This document shows positions 10,255-18,802 of a stretch of DNA of 64,000 nt, piece after piece. This DNA is from Candidatus Omnitrophota bacterium (GTDB lineage: Bacteria; CAIJMQ01). Below the pieces are notes generated by a model, which made no database searches, was not told the DNA's origin, and saw only the letters and a program-made list of their open reading frames with translations. The stretch's first letter is position 1. Each line of letters starts with the position of its first letter. The position numbers and the translations under genes are program-made. The stretch spans positions 145,955 to 209,954 of the forward strand of contig JAHJCU010000005.1 in the NCBI GenBank assembly GCA_018812925.1, read 5' to 3'.

Positions 10255-10417
10255 AAGGTTTCGTCGTTCTGCTTCCGGAAAAATAATAAGAAACAAAGCA
10301 GGAAAACGACACTTTTTAAGCAGTAAAGGTACAACGCAGAAAAGAAGATTAGCGCAAAAAGATACAGTTGATGCGTCAGACCATAAAAGAATAAAAGAGC
10401 TGATACCTTATAAATAA
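10220..10417 (+). CDS. rpmI: 50S ribosomal protein L35
   Basis: MPKLKTKKSAAKRF; located between infC and rplT. Confidence 0.97.
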   Translation: MPKLKTKKSAAKRFRRSASGKIIRNKAGKRHFLSSKGTTQKRRLAQKDTVDASDHKRIKELIPYK

Positions 10418-10468
10418 GGACAGATGTCAGAAAACAGAGGACAGAAAAATCTGGTTTTTGTTATCTGA
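10418..10468. repeat. Heptamer palindromic element (NNNCAGA / TCTG family)
   Basis: ggacaga-tgtcaga-aaacaga-ggacaga followed by inverted tctg units; same family as 44188-44310. Confidence 0.7.
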
Positions 10469-10492
10469 TTACGAACAGGGTGAGGAGTAAAG

Positions 10493-10870
10493 ATGTCTAG
10501 AGTAAAAAGAGGAACAATAAAAAAGAAAAAAAGAAGAAGAATATTAGGCAAAGCAAAGGGATATGTTGCCGGCAGAAGTAAACTCTATACCGTGGCAAAG
10601 GATGCTGTTCAAAAAGGACTTGTCTATGCCTATAGAGACAGAAGAACAAAAAAGAGAAACTTCCGCAGTTTGTGGATACAGAGAATAAATGCCGCTACAA
10701 GAAGCCAGGGCATAACCTATTCGCAGTTGATTGACGGCTTAGCCAAAGCCAATGTCGAAATAAACAGAAAAATGCTGGCAGAAATGGCAGTCAACGCTCC
10801 AGAATCATTCTCTGCATTAGTTGAAATTGCGAAGAAACATATTACCGTAAAACCTGCTAAGGCGAGTTAA
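10493..10870 (+). CDS. rplT: 50S ribosomal protein L20
   Basis: MSRVKRG, AKGY, YAYRDRR, FRSLWIQRINAA and NRKMLAEMA. Confidence 0.98.
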   Translation: MSRVKRGTIKKKKRRRILGKAKGYVAGRSKLYTVAKDAVQKGLVYAYRDRRTKKRNFRSLWIQRINAATRSQGITYSQLIDGLAKANVEINRKMLAEMAVNAPESFSALVEIAKKHITVKPAKAS

Positions 10871-10881
10871 GGATGACTCTG

Positions 10882-10933
10882 GAAGTAAAAAGTTAGAAGT
10901 AAAAAGGTAAAACCACAAGTTAAAAGTTAAAAC
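10882..10933. repeat. Heptamer repeat arm (AAGTTAA-like), with inverted partner at 12078-12088
   Basis: gaagtaa-aaagtta-gaagtaa-aaaggta...aagttaa-aagttaa; taaaagttaaa (10921-10931) is the exact reverse complement of 12078-12088. Confidence 0.65.
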
Positions 10934-10938
10934 AAGAA

Positions 10939-12070
10939 TTAGAATAGAGTCTTAAGATACACTTGGATAATTTTTACAACACCTTCAAAACAAGCCTTAA
11001 TGTCTTCTGAGCTCCATTCTTTTATTTTTTCTCCTGGTTTCGGAGCATGACGAATATCAGCATAACTTGCGTTAGCAACTTTCCCTATCAAATTCCATTC
11101 AGTATTACATCCTATAATATCTTTAGCTTCTTTCTCACCGCCATATTTTTTTTCTAAAACCTCAATGATTTTATAAAGATAAAAGAGAGCAACATCATCC
11201 TGTTTTAAAGCATTATCATGGTATTTGAGTACTAAATTCGCCGTATCGTCACTTTCTATGGTTTGGATTTTAATACGAGTAGCTGTAGCCAATTTTTCCT
11301 TGGCAGGTTCAAATTTTTTATCCAGAATCTCTCGTTCGTTTTCTAATTTTTGCATTTCTTCCTTGATTTTTTCTTCTCCGAGAGATAAAAAAAGATCAAT
11401 TATATTTACCTTCGATTGGGTCTCATAAATTTTCGGTATCACTCTATTAAGAAAAGTAGCTATGATTTCTTCATTAGATTTATATTCAGGCAGTATTATC
11501 AATTGTCCGTCTCCTATCTCTAGGGAGATACCCAAAATCTCACGGTTCATATTATAAAAAAGAAGAGCCCCACCTTCTCTTATTCTTAGTGGAACATTAA
11601 TCGTCTGCAAAATAGGTATTTTTAAGCTGTCTTTTACAACTAAGGGAGAAAGATAATGATTATTGAGGAAGACTAATACTATTACCAGCAAGTGGTTTAT
11701 AGTCTTTTGTAAACAATATTCCAGGTATAGATGGGATCCAATTATAAGCTTCATTTTGTTTTTTTAAGTCATCAACTATCCGATTGATAAAAATAAGGAA
11801 GGTGGCACCACGATAAATATGTCTGGATAAATTACTCAAGCTATATTCAGGTGTAAGGTCGTGAATATCACTACTTGAAATACAACCATGTTCATTCCTT
11901 GCAAAACAGTGAGGATCATATACAAATACATCCTTCTCATATACTTGACACGGCAAATTCCTTATTCCGTTACAAAAACCAATCGTACCCGAATCGACAT
12001 CAAAACCTTGGTGTTTAAGTTTCTCAGTTAAGCTACTTGAACAATCTAGTAATAAAATACTTGGTATCAT
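10939..12070 (-). pseudogene. Frameshifted accessory gene with a HEPN/MauJ-like C-terminus
   Basis: Overlapping ORFs 11660-12070 and 10939-11754 join into 377 codons if one base is removed near 11660-11695. C-terminal LYKIIEVL...ANASYADIRHA resembles HEPN-type domains. Confidence 0.6.
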
Positions 12071-12149
12071 AATTATCTTTAACTTTTACAATAACACACT
12101 TTTGTTTCACCATTATATTCCCCCACCAGAAAATTGGCAATCAATTAAC

Positions 12150-12229
12150 AACTGGCAATTGGTAATTAGTAAATGGTAATTGGTAATCTTGAAAATTACG
12201 GGTTACGGTTTACGAATTACCAGTTACGA
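12150..12229. repeat. Palindromic heptamer element family A (GGTAATT / AATTACC), copy 1
   Basis: Reverse complement aligns closely with 51100-51180 and 53698-53772. Confidence 0.85.
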
Positions 12230-12292
12230 GACTCAACTTTATGACTGTTACCATTTTCCAAAAGGTTTTAAGTCTTTAGTCTATAGTCTAAA

Positions 12293-13753
12293 TTAAATAC
12301 TATTTGTTACTTCTTCCCCTCGTTTCCCCTTCTCGTATTCTCTGATGTTTTCTATCGTGGTATCGGCGATGTTCTGAAGGGCTTCTTTGGTAAGAAATCC
12401 TTGATGGCTTGTGACTATCACATTATTGAAAGTTGTCAGGCGGGCAAGAATGTCGTCAACTAGTATACGGTTGGAAAAATCCTCAAAGAAGTAATCCTGC
12501 TCATCCTCATAAACATCTAATCCTGCATAACCTATTTTTCCGTTTTTTAATCCGTCCAAGAGCGCTTTGGTATCTATTAATGCGCCTCTTCCCGTATTAA
12601 TCAGCATGACCCCCTTTTTCATTTTTTTGATTGTTTTTTTGTCGATTATATGGCGGGTTTCTGGAGTAAGCGGTATATGAAGACTGATGATGTCGGATTC
12701 AGCCAAAAGTTTGTCCAATGGGACAAAACACACGCCTGTTTGTTTTTCAAGTTCTTTATCTCGGTGTCTTGCATAAGCAAGTAATTTGCATCCAAACCCG
12801 GCGAGAATATTTATGAGGCACTTTCCTATTTTGCCGGGACCTATAATTCCTGCGGTTTTGCCGTGAATATCAAAACCAACCAGCCCGGCAAGTGAAAAAT
12901 TACCTTCACGGATACGGTTATTGGCGCGGTGAACCTTGCGGTTAAGTGTCATCATTAACGCTACTGCGTGTTCAGCTACAGCATATGGCGAATATGCGGG
13001 GACTCTTGCTACAGTTATTCCGAACTGTTTACATGCCTCTATATCAACGTTATTGTATCCGGCAGAGCGCAGCGCTATCATCTCCACTCCCATATCTTTA
13101 AGTTCCTCAATTACACCCTTATTCACAATATCATTTACAAACACGCAAACTATCTTACAGCCGGCTGCCAGGGAAACGGTTTTTAGTGAAAGGCGGGATT
13201 CGAAAAACTGGATGGAATAATTGTATCGGTTCTGTTTTTTGAAGATTTCTTCCATGTAAGATTTTGAATCAAAAAAAGCTATTTTTAAACGCTTGTCAAT
13301 ATTACTAGAAAGTAATTTTGCCACTACAGATGTTTCCCTATGTAAATGTTTACTTAGATGCGCCAGCAGGCCTTTGGCAAGATTGTTATTTTGGTTGAGT
13401 AGTTTTTGAAAAGTAGCATGGTCAATCGTCCATACTTTGGTTTTAGTGCGAGTATGAAGTGTTGCTGAGCGCACTGTTTTCCCAAATAAGCTCATTTCCC
13501 CGGCTATATCGCCCTTTTGCAAAACAGCAACTTGAATTTTAATTTCCTGTTCGCCTTCTTTCAAAACTTCTACCTTGCCGGATTCTATAACCAACATACT
13601 ATCGCCTTTTTCTCCTTCGCGGTAGATGTTTTTACCTTTATTGAAGACTATTGGTTTCATCCTATCCACGAGCAAGCGCAGTGTTTCATTGTCCACAGCG
13701 GAGAAACAGTCCGCTTTCTTAAGTAGTTTCAATAAGTTTGCCTTATATTCCAT
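12293..13753 (-). CDS. cNMP-binding domain fused to LdhA-type D-lactate (D-2-hydroxyacid) dehydrogenase
   Basis: N-terminal GEMSLF..RSAT phosphate-binding cassette; C-terminal ALRSAGYNNVD, VPAYSPYAVAEH, GPGKIG, INTGRG, LDVYEDE and TSHQGFLT. Start placed at MEYKAN (GGAG SD). Confidence 0.9.
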   Translation of the reverse strand: MEYKANLLKLLKKADCFSAVDNETLRLLVDRMKPIVFNKGKNIYREGEKGDSMLVIESGKVEVLKEGEQEIKIQVAVLQKGDIAGEMSLFGKTVRSATLHTRTKTKVWTIDHATFQKLLNQNNNLAKGLLAHLSKHLHRETSVVAKLLSSNIDKRLKIAFFDSKSYMEEIFKKQNRYNYSIQFFESRLSLKTVSLAAGCKIVCVFVNDIVNKGVIEELKDMGVEMIALRSAGYNNVDIEACKQFGITVARVPAYSPYAVAEHAVALMMTLNRKVHRANNRIREGNFSLAGLVGFDIHGKTAGIIGPGKIGKCLINILAGFGCKLLAYARHRDKELEKQTGVCFVPLDKLLAESDIISLHIPLTPETRHIIDKKTIKKMKKGVMLINTGRGALIDTKALLDGLKNGKIGYAGLDVYEDEQDYFFEDFSNRILVDDILARLTTFNNVIVTSHQGFLTKEALQNIADTTIENIREYEKGKRGEEVTNSI

Positions 13754-13861
13754 TTTCTTTCTCCATTTTTTAATTTTGATTTTGTTGGTGTTGCAAGAAC
13801 AAAGAATTTTACTCTCATGTAGCGGATAGGTCAAAACAATCACTGTGAGTTTGGGCTAAGA

Positions 13862-13938
13862 ATTTAAGATAGTTGTAAGTTTTAGGTTTTAAGTTCTAAG
13901 TTACTACTTAAAACTTATCACTTACGACTTATAACTTG
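13862..13938. repeat. Palindromic heptamer element (TAAGTT / AACTTA family)
   Basis: taagttt-taggttt-taagttc-taagtta, short loop, then aaactta-tcactta-cgactta-taactt. Confidence 0.75.
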
Positions 13939-14051
13939 TTTCCCCTTTCTTGCTTCTGCGATATTTGTGATGTTATACTTAGACAAAATAGTTTATAGTT
14001 TAGGGTTGAGAGTTTATAGCTAGCCAACAAAATCAACAAGATAAATGAAAT

Positions 14052-15062
14052 ATGTTAAACGAACTTGAAAAAATCAAGAAAGAATTTTTAGATTCGATTG
14101 AAACTATCAAAGACAGCAAGACATTAGAAGAGTTAAGAGTTAAATTTTTAGGAAGAAAAAGCGGTTTAACCTCTGTCCTTCGTTCTTTGGGGACACTTAT
14201 TCAGGAAGAACGTGTTTTAGTTGGTCAGAAAGCAAATGTTTTACGCAAAGACATTGAGGCTCGATTAGAGGAAATAAAGCATAATCTTGGTCAGAAGACG
14301 GGGAAAGAAGTTTCTATTGACCATACTCTTCCGGGTCTTCCTTTATCACTTGGCAAAGAACATCCCATAACAAAAACGATTCGAGAAATAGTGGATATTT
14401 TTTCTCCTTTGGGATTTCAAGTGGCTACAGGGCCCGAAATAGAAACTGATTATTATAATTTTGAAGCTTTAAATTTCCCACCTGAGCATCCTGCAAGAGA
14501 CGAACAGGATTCTTTTCAGCTTTTGGGCGGCAAATATTTGCTTCGTACCCAGACTTCTCCGGTGCAGATAAGAGTAATGGAAAAAACTAAACCACCTGTA
14601 AGGATAATTTCGCCTGGCGTATGTTATAGAAGAGATAATCCAGACGCTTCACATTCTCCGATGTTTCATCAGGTAGAAGGTTTAGCCGTTGATACGGATA
14701 TACATTTTACCGACTTGAAAGGTGTTTTGTCGGAATTTATACATCAAATGTTTGGCAAGGAAATAAAGATGCGTTTTGTTCCGTCATTTTTTCCGTTTAC
14801 TGAGCCGTCGGCTGAAGTTGCTATTTCCTGTATTATATGCGGCGGAAAAGGATGTTCGACTTGCGGAAGGACAGGATGGCTTGAGGTTCTCGGAGCAGGT
14901 ATGGTTCATCCGAATGTTTTTAAGAAAGTACATTATGATCCTAAAAAATATACAGGATTTGCCTTTGGTATGGGAGTAGAAAGAATAGCAATGCTGAAAT
15001 ATGGTGTTGGCGATATACGTCTTTTTTATCAAAATAATTTACAGTTTTTACGTCAATTTTAA
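14052..15062 (+). CDS. pheS: Phenylalanine--tRNA ligase alpha subunit
   Basis: HPARD, LRTQTSPVQIR, FHQVEGL, FPFTEPSAE and GFAFGMGVER. Confidence 0.98.
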   Translation: MLNELEKIKKEFLDSIETIKDSKTLEELRVKFLGRKSGLTSVLRSLGTLIQEERVLVGQKANVLRKDIEARLEEIKHNLGQKTGKEVSIDHTLPGLPLSLGKEHPITKTIREIVDIFSPLGFQVATGPEIETDYYNFEALNFPPEHPARDEQDSFQLLGGKYLLRTQTSPVQIRVMEKTKPPVRIISPGVCYRRDNPDASHSPMFHQVEGLAVDTDIHFTDLKGVLSEFIHQMFGKEIKMRFVPSFFPFTEPSAEVAISCIICGGKGCSTCGRTGWLEVLGAGMVHPNVFKKVHYDPKKYTGFAFGMGVERIAMLKYGVGDIRLFYQNNLQFLRQF

Positions 15063-15066
15063 TCGG

Positions 15067-15162
15067 CCCCATTTAGAGAATTGGAAACTATATTTACTTG
15101 CCATTAACTTCATAATCTTGTTGGAAACTAGATTTTCTGTTGAGATTGTATTCCTAATGGGG
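15067..15162. mobile_element. MITE-like element with CCCCATT(T)AG / CTAATGGGG terminal inverted repeats
   Basis: ccccatttag at 15067 and ctaatgggg at 15154-15162; related TAACGGGG motifs at about 21599 and 28842. Confidence 0.5.
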
Positions 15163-15207
15163 TTGACAAACATGGTATAATCTCCCGGAAAGAAGAGTGA
15201 AATCGGA

Positions 15208-17949
15208 ATGCTAAGAAAGTTGAAAGCTTTAATTTTAGTTTTAAGTTTATTCGGACTGATTTGTATTCCTAACATAAATTCTGCCAAGGTTTCTTCCACT
15301 CCAGCCAAACTCGCAAGTTTAGATTCGGATAAAGACGGTTATAGCGATTCATGCGAAGTTTTACACAAATCAGACCCACAAGATAAAAAAAGCATACCCA
15401 AGCAAAATATCACAATCAATGTGCCTTCAGATGTAGAAACAATCCAAGAAGCAATAAATGTATCTATCGACGGTGATATTATTATGGTATTCCAAGGCAA
15501 ATACCAAGGCAATATCAATTTCAACGGCAAAACAATCACTCTGCTTTCCACCCTGCACCAGTCCGCTACCGAACCAATGGCGGACGGTTCAGGGCAAGCA
15601 GACTCAAATGCTACGAATTTAACTACTAATACTATTATTGAAGATATTCAAGGCGCAAACGTTATTACATTCAACAAGACAGAAGATACTAATCCAGTGC
15701 TTAAAAAGCTTACAATAACCCCCACCATAGAATCCGAAACTACTGAACCCCCACCTCCAACTATACCTATGCAATTTGAAAATTCCACTACTCCAACTGT
15801 CATTTCGGAAATAAATACCACCGCAGATGAAGAGCTCATTATCTCTTCCCCTTCCACCGCCCCCGATGAACAGCTTATTGATTCAGAGATAGCGACATCA
15901 GATACAGAACCCTCACTGGAAGTAATAGACCCTGGTTCTCCAGTGGGAGATACAGTAATTATAAGTGTAACCGCAGTTGACCTTGAAAACTTCTATTATG
16001 TGTATCTATATTGTGACGGTAGCCAGATTGGCTTGGATATAACAGAACCATTAGAATATAGCTGGAACACAATTCGTTTCACTAACGGCACCCACACTCT
16101 AAAGGCAAAAGCTTATCATAAAGTTCTCGGAGAATATATAGAATCCGTACCTATTAATGTTACAGTATATAACGAAACTCCCGATGTCCCTTCTGTAACA
16201 ATAACTTACCCCACCGAATCTCATACTGTTTCGGGTTCCATCCGCATCCAGGCAACTCACAGTCATCCTGATGAGATGACCAGATTAGCCACTTATTTCT
16301 ATGTAAACGATGAATATCTTGGCCCCAGCTTCAGTTCACCTGCCGGCAGGACTTGGGCAACCGAATACTTCTCTGATGGCGCATATATCGTAAAAGTTAT
16401 TTCCTACTTTTGTGACTCAGGATTAAAATTCAAAATTAAATGCGAAAATTCGGTTGCTGTCACTGTAGATAATACTGCCACACTAAATCCTGAAGTAAAT
16501 ATAGATAATTTAACAGATGGACAAGAAGTTAGCGGCACAGTTACAATTCAAGCCTCAGTAAGCGACCCTGCCAATATGCGAGCCGTCATCTGCTATGTTA
16601 ACGGCGGATGGATAGGATATGACTCTTCATCTCCTTATCAATTTACCTGGAATACCCAAGATTTAGAAAATGGAACCTATACAATAAAAGTTATGAATTA
16701 TCACAGTAAATCTCACCTATATTATGAAAAAGAAATAACTGTAAATGTGGATAATTCTAATCTTGATAGTGATAACGATGGTATGCCCGATTGGTGGGAG
16801 ATTTTATATGGCCTTGACCCATACAATCCCGATGATGCAGATGGCGACCCGGACGAAGACGAAGTTACCAACTTATTGGAATATATATATAACACTGACC
16901 CAACCAATCCCGATACGGATGGTGATGGGCTCTCAGATGAATATGAAATCTACGCCTATGGCACCGACCCCAATAATCCCGATTCTGATGGGGATAGTGT
17001 GAGTGATGGAGACGAAGTAAATCAGGGAAGCGACCCTGCAGACCCTTCAGACGAAGGTCAACCGCCCGCTGTGGAAGATCTTTTATCCTTATTGGAAGCA
17101 GCTTATAATGTAGGAGATTTAGAAGGGATAGCTTTAAATGCAGACAAATTAATGAAACAGGGCTCAGCGGCTACTTCGCTGTTGACAGCAGTTCTTCAAG
17201 ATGAAGAAAAAGACCTTGACTTCCGCGGAATAATTGCAGAGATAATCGCAGAGGCAAAAGACCCAGATTCCGCAGATGCCTTAATTGAAATCTTGGAAGA
17301 TGTAAATCAAGACACATATATCAGGGCAGAGGCGGCATACGTATTAGGAACAACAGGAAGCGATACTGCTCTGGCTCCTTTACTTAATGCTCTGAATAAT
17401 CCCGATGTAGATATAAAATCTTCTGCCGCTTTAGGATTGGGGTTTCTGGGCAGGCAAGAAGCAATCACTCCGCTCATTATCCTTTTAGAAAATACGGAAG
17501 AAGAAGCAATAGTTCGTGTCCGCTGCGGTGAGGCATTATCTAATCTTAAAACCCTATTAGCCCTAGATATATTTATAAATACACTGCAGAATGATGAGGA
17601 TGAAACAATTAGAGGACGTTCTGCTTTATGGCTTGGTTCTCTTGAGCATTCCGACGCAGTTCCGGCTCTAATAGAAGCTGTAAATGAAGATAGTAGTCTT
17701 TACGTAGCCGACAACGCTGCCATCGCTTTAGGAATGATAAAAGACCTTTCCGCCGTAGATACTCTGATAAATGCTTTAGACAGGGGAGGACTCCTTAGAA
17801 TAAATTCTGCAGAGGCATTGGCGCAAATAGGCGATTTGAGTGCTGCCCAACCAATAGCCGATGCAATAGAAGACGAACAAGACCCATGGGGAAAACAAAA
17901 ATTAATGGAAGCATATGAACAATTAACAGGAGTAGAGTATCAGCCATGA
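15208..17949 (+). CDS. Large secreted protein: TSP3-like Ca-binding repeats, three Ig-like domains, C-terminal HEAT repeats
   Basis: Signal peptide; DSDKDGYSD and DTDGDGLSD..E...GTDP repeats; Ig-like PYQFTWNTQDLENGTYTIKV; HEAT repeats such as RAEAAYVLG and AALGLG..AITPLI. Confidence 0.85.
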   Translation: MLRKLKALILVLSLFGLICIPNINSAKVSSTPAKLASLDSDKDGYSDSCEVLHKSDPQDKKSIPKQNITINVPSDVETIQEAINVSIDGDIIMVFQGKYQGNINFNGKTITLLSTLHQSATEPMADGSGQADSNATNLTTNTIIEDIQGANVITFNKTEDTNPVLKKLTITPTIESETTEPPPPTIPMQFENSTTPTVISEINTTADEELIISSPSTAPDEQLIDSEIATSDTEPSLEVIDPGSPVGDTVIISVTAVDLENFYYVYLYCDGSQIGLDITEPLEYSWNTIRFTNGTHTLKAKAYHKVLGEYIESVPINVTVYNETPDVPSVTITYPTESHTVSGSIRIQATHSHPDEMTRLATYFYVNDEYLGPSFSSPAGRTWATEYFSDGAYIVKVISYFCDSGLKFKIKCENSVAVTVDNTATLNPEVNIDNLTDGQEVSGTVTIQASVSDPANMRAVICYVNGGWIGYDSSSPYQFTWNTQDLENGTYTIKVMNYHSKSHLYYEKEITVNVDNSNLDSDNDGMPDWWEILYGLDPYNPDDADGDPDEDEVTNLLEYIYNTDPTNPDTDGDGLSDEYEIYAYGTDPNNPDSDGDSVSDGDEVNQGSDPADPSDEGQPPAVEDLLSLLEAAYNVGDLEGIALNADKLMKQGSAATSLLTAVLQDEEKDLDFRGIIAEIIAEAKDPDSADALIEILEDVNQDTYIRAEAAYVLGTTGSDTALAPLLNALNNPDVDIKSSAALGLGFLGRQEAITPLIILLENTEEEAIVRVRCGEALSNLKTLLALDIFINTLQNDEDETIRGRSALWLGSLEHSDAVPALIEAVNEDSSLYVADNAAIALGMIKDLSAVDTLINALDRGGLLRINSAEALAQIGDLSAAQPIADAIEDEQDPWGKQKLMEAYEQLTGVEYQP

Positions 17950-18800
17950 GAAAAATACACAACCTGATAATAATTATATTCATAGCAATATTTATATCAG
18001 GTATTGTCTATTATCAAGAAGTTTTTTCATTAGAACAAATGCCTTCCGATGAATTAATAGAACAACTTAAAGATAAATCTAATTCTAAGCGGTCGGATAT
18101 AATATCCACTTTAGCTTTTAAGGGAAATGAGAACACAATTCCAGCGTTAATAGAAATAATACAAGATAAAGATGAAAAAGAAGACATTATACTTAATACA
18201 ATTTTAGCCCTTGGTTTGTTAAGAGCTAAAGAAGCTGTCCCTGATTTAATTAACCTTCTGGACAGTGATGACCCTGAAATAAGAGGACAAGCTATATTGA
18301 TTTTAGGAAGCTTTAGGGATAAGAAAGCTTTGCCTGCCTTAGAGAAAATTAATGAAACCGAGAAAGACGACAAAGTCAAAGAAAAACTTTTGACAACCAT
18401 TAACAAAATAAAAATGGGAGAAAAAGAAATTAAGATTAATTCTGATGTAAAAAAGAAAGTTGATGAGATAATTCAAAGATTGTCAGCTTCTATGATAGAT
18501 CCTTCTCAGGCTGACCTTCAATTATACAACGAGGTTCAGAAATTATCATCAGAAAAGGGCGCAGAAATAACGCCTTACTTGATCAAGAAGACTGATGAAA
18601 TCTGTGAAGTCATTGAAGATTATGAAGGTGCAGGATGGATGGTGATACCTATAATGAGTATTATAGATACGGTTGGCAAACCAGCTCTCCCTGCACTTCG
18701 ATCTGCACTCCAAGATAAAACATTAGATAAGAAAACCCACTTGTTCATAATGGAAGCTGTAGAACATTTCACAAGCGGAGAAAAACAATCAGAGAGATAA
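17946..18800 (+). CDS. Secreted or membrane-anchored HEAT-repeat protein
   Basis: N-terminal hydrophobic segment; ALGLLRAKEAVPDLINLLDSDDPEIRGQAILILG; ATGA overlap with the upstream gene. Confidence 0.85.
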   Translation: MRKIHNLIIIIFIAIFISGIVYYQEVFSLEQMPSDELIEQLKDKSNSKRSDIISTLAFKGNENTIPALIEIIQDKDEKEDIILNTILALGLLRAKEAVPDLINLLDSDDPEIRGQAILILGSFRDKKALPALEKINETEKDDKVKEKLLTTINKIKMGEKEIKINSDVKKKVDEIIQRLSASMIDPSQADLQLYNEVQKLSSEKGAEITPYLIKKTDEICEVIEDYEGAGWMVIPIMSIIDTVGKPALPALRSALQDKTLDKKTHLFIMEAVEHFTSGEKQSER

Positions 18801-18802
18801 CG

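Noticed and set aside
12262-14021. cNMP-LDH gene as a third arm-gene-arm cassette
   Set aside because: The TATAGT-type arrays on either side are in direct, not inverted, orientation, and the right one is more than 200 nt from the start codon.
15163-15181. TTGACA...TATAAT as a canonical promoter
   Set aside because: The hexamers are only 7 nt apart; at most an extended -10 (TGGTATAAT) is plausible.
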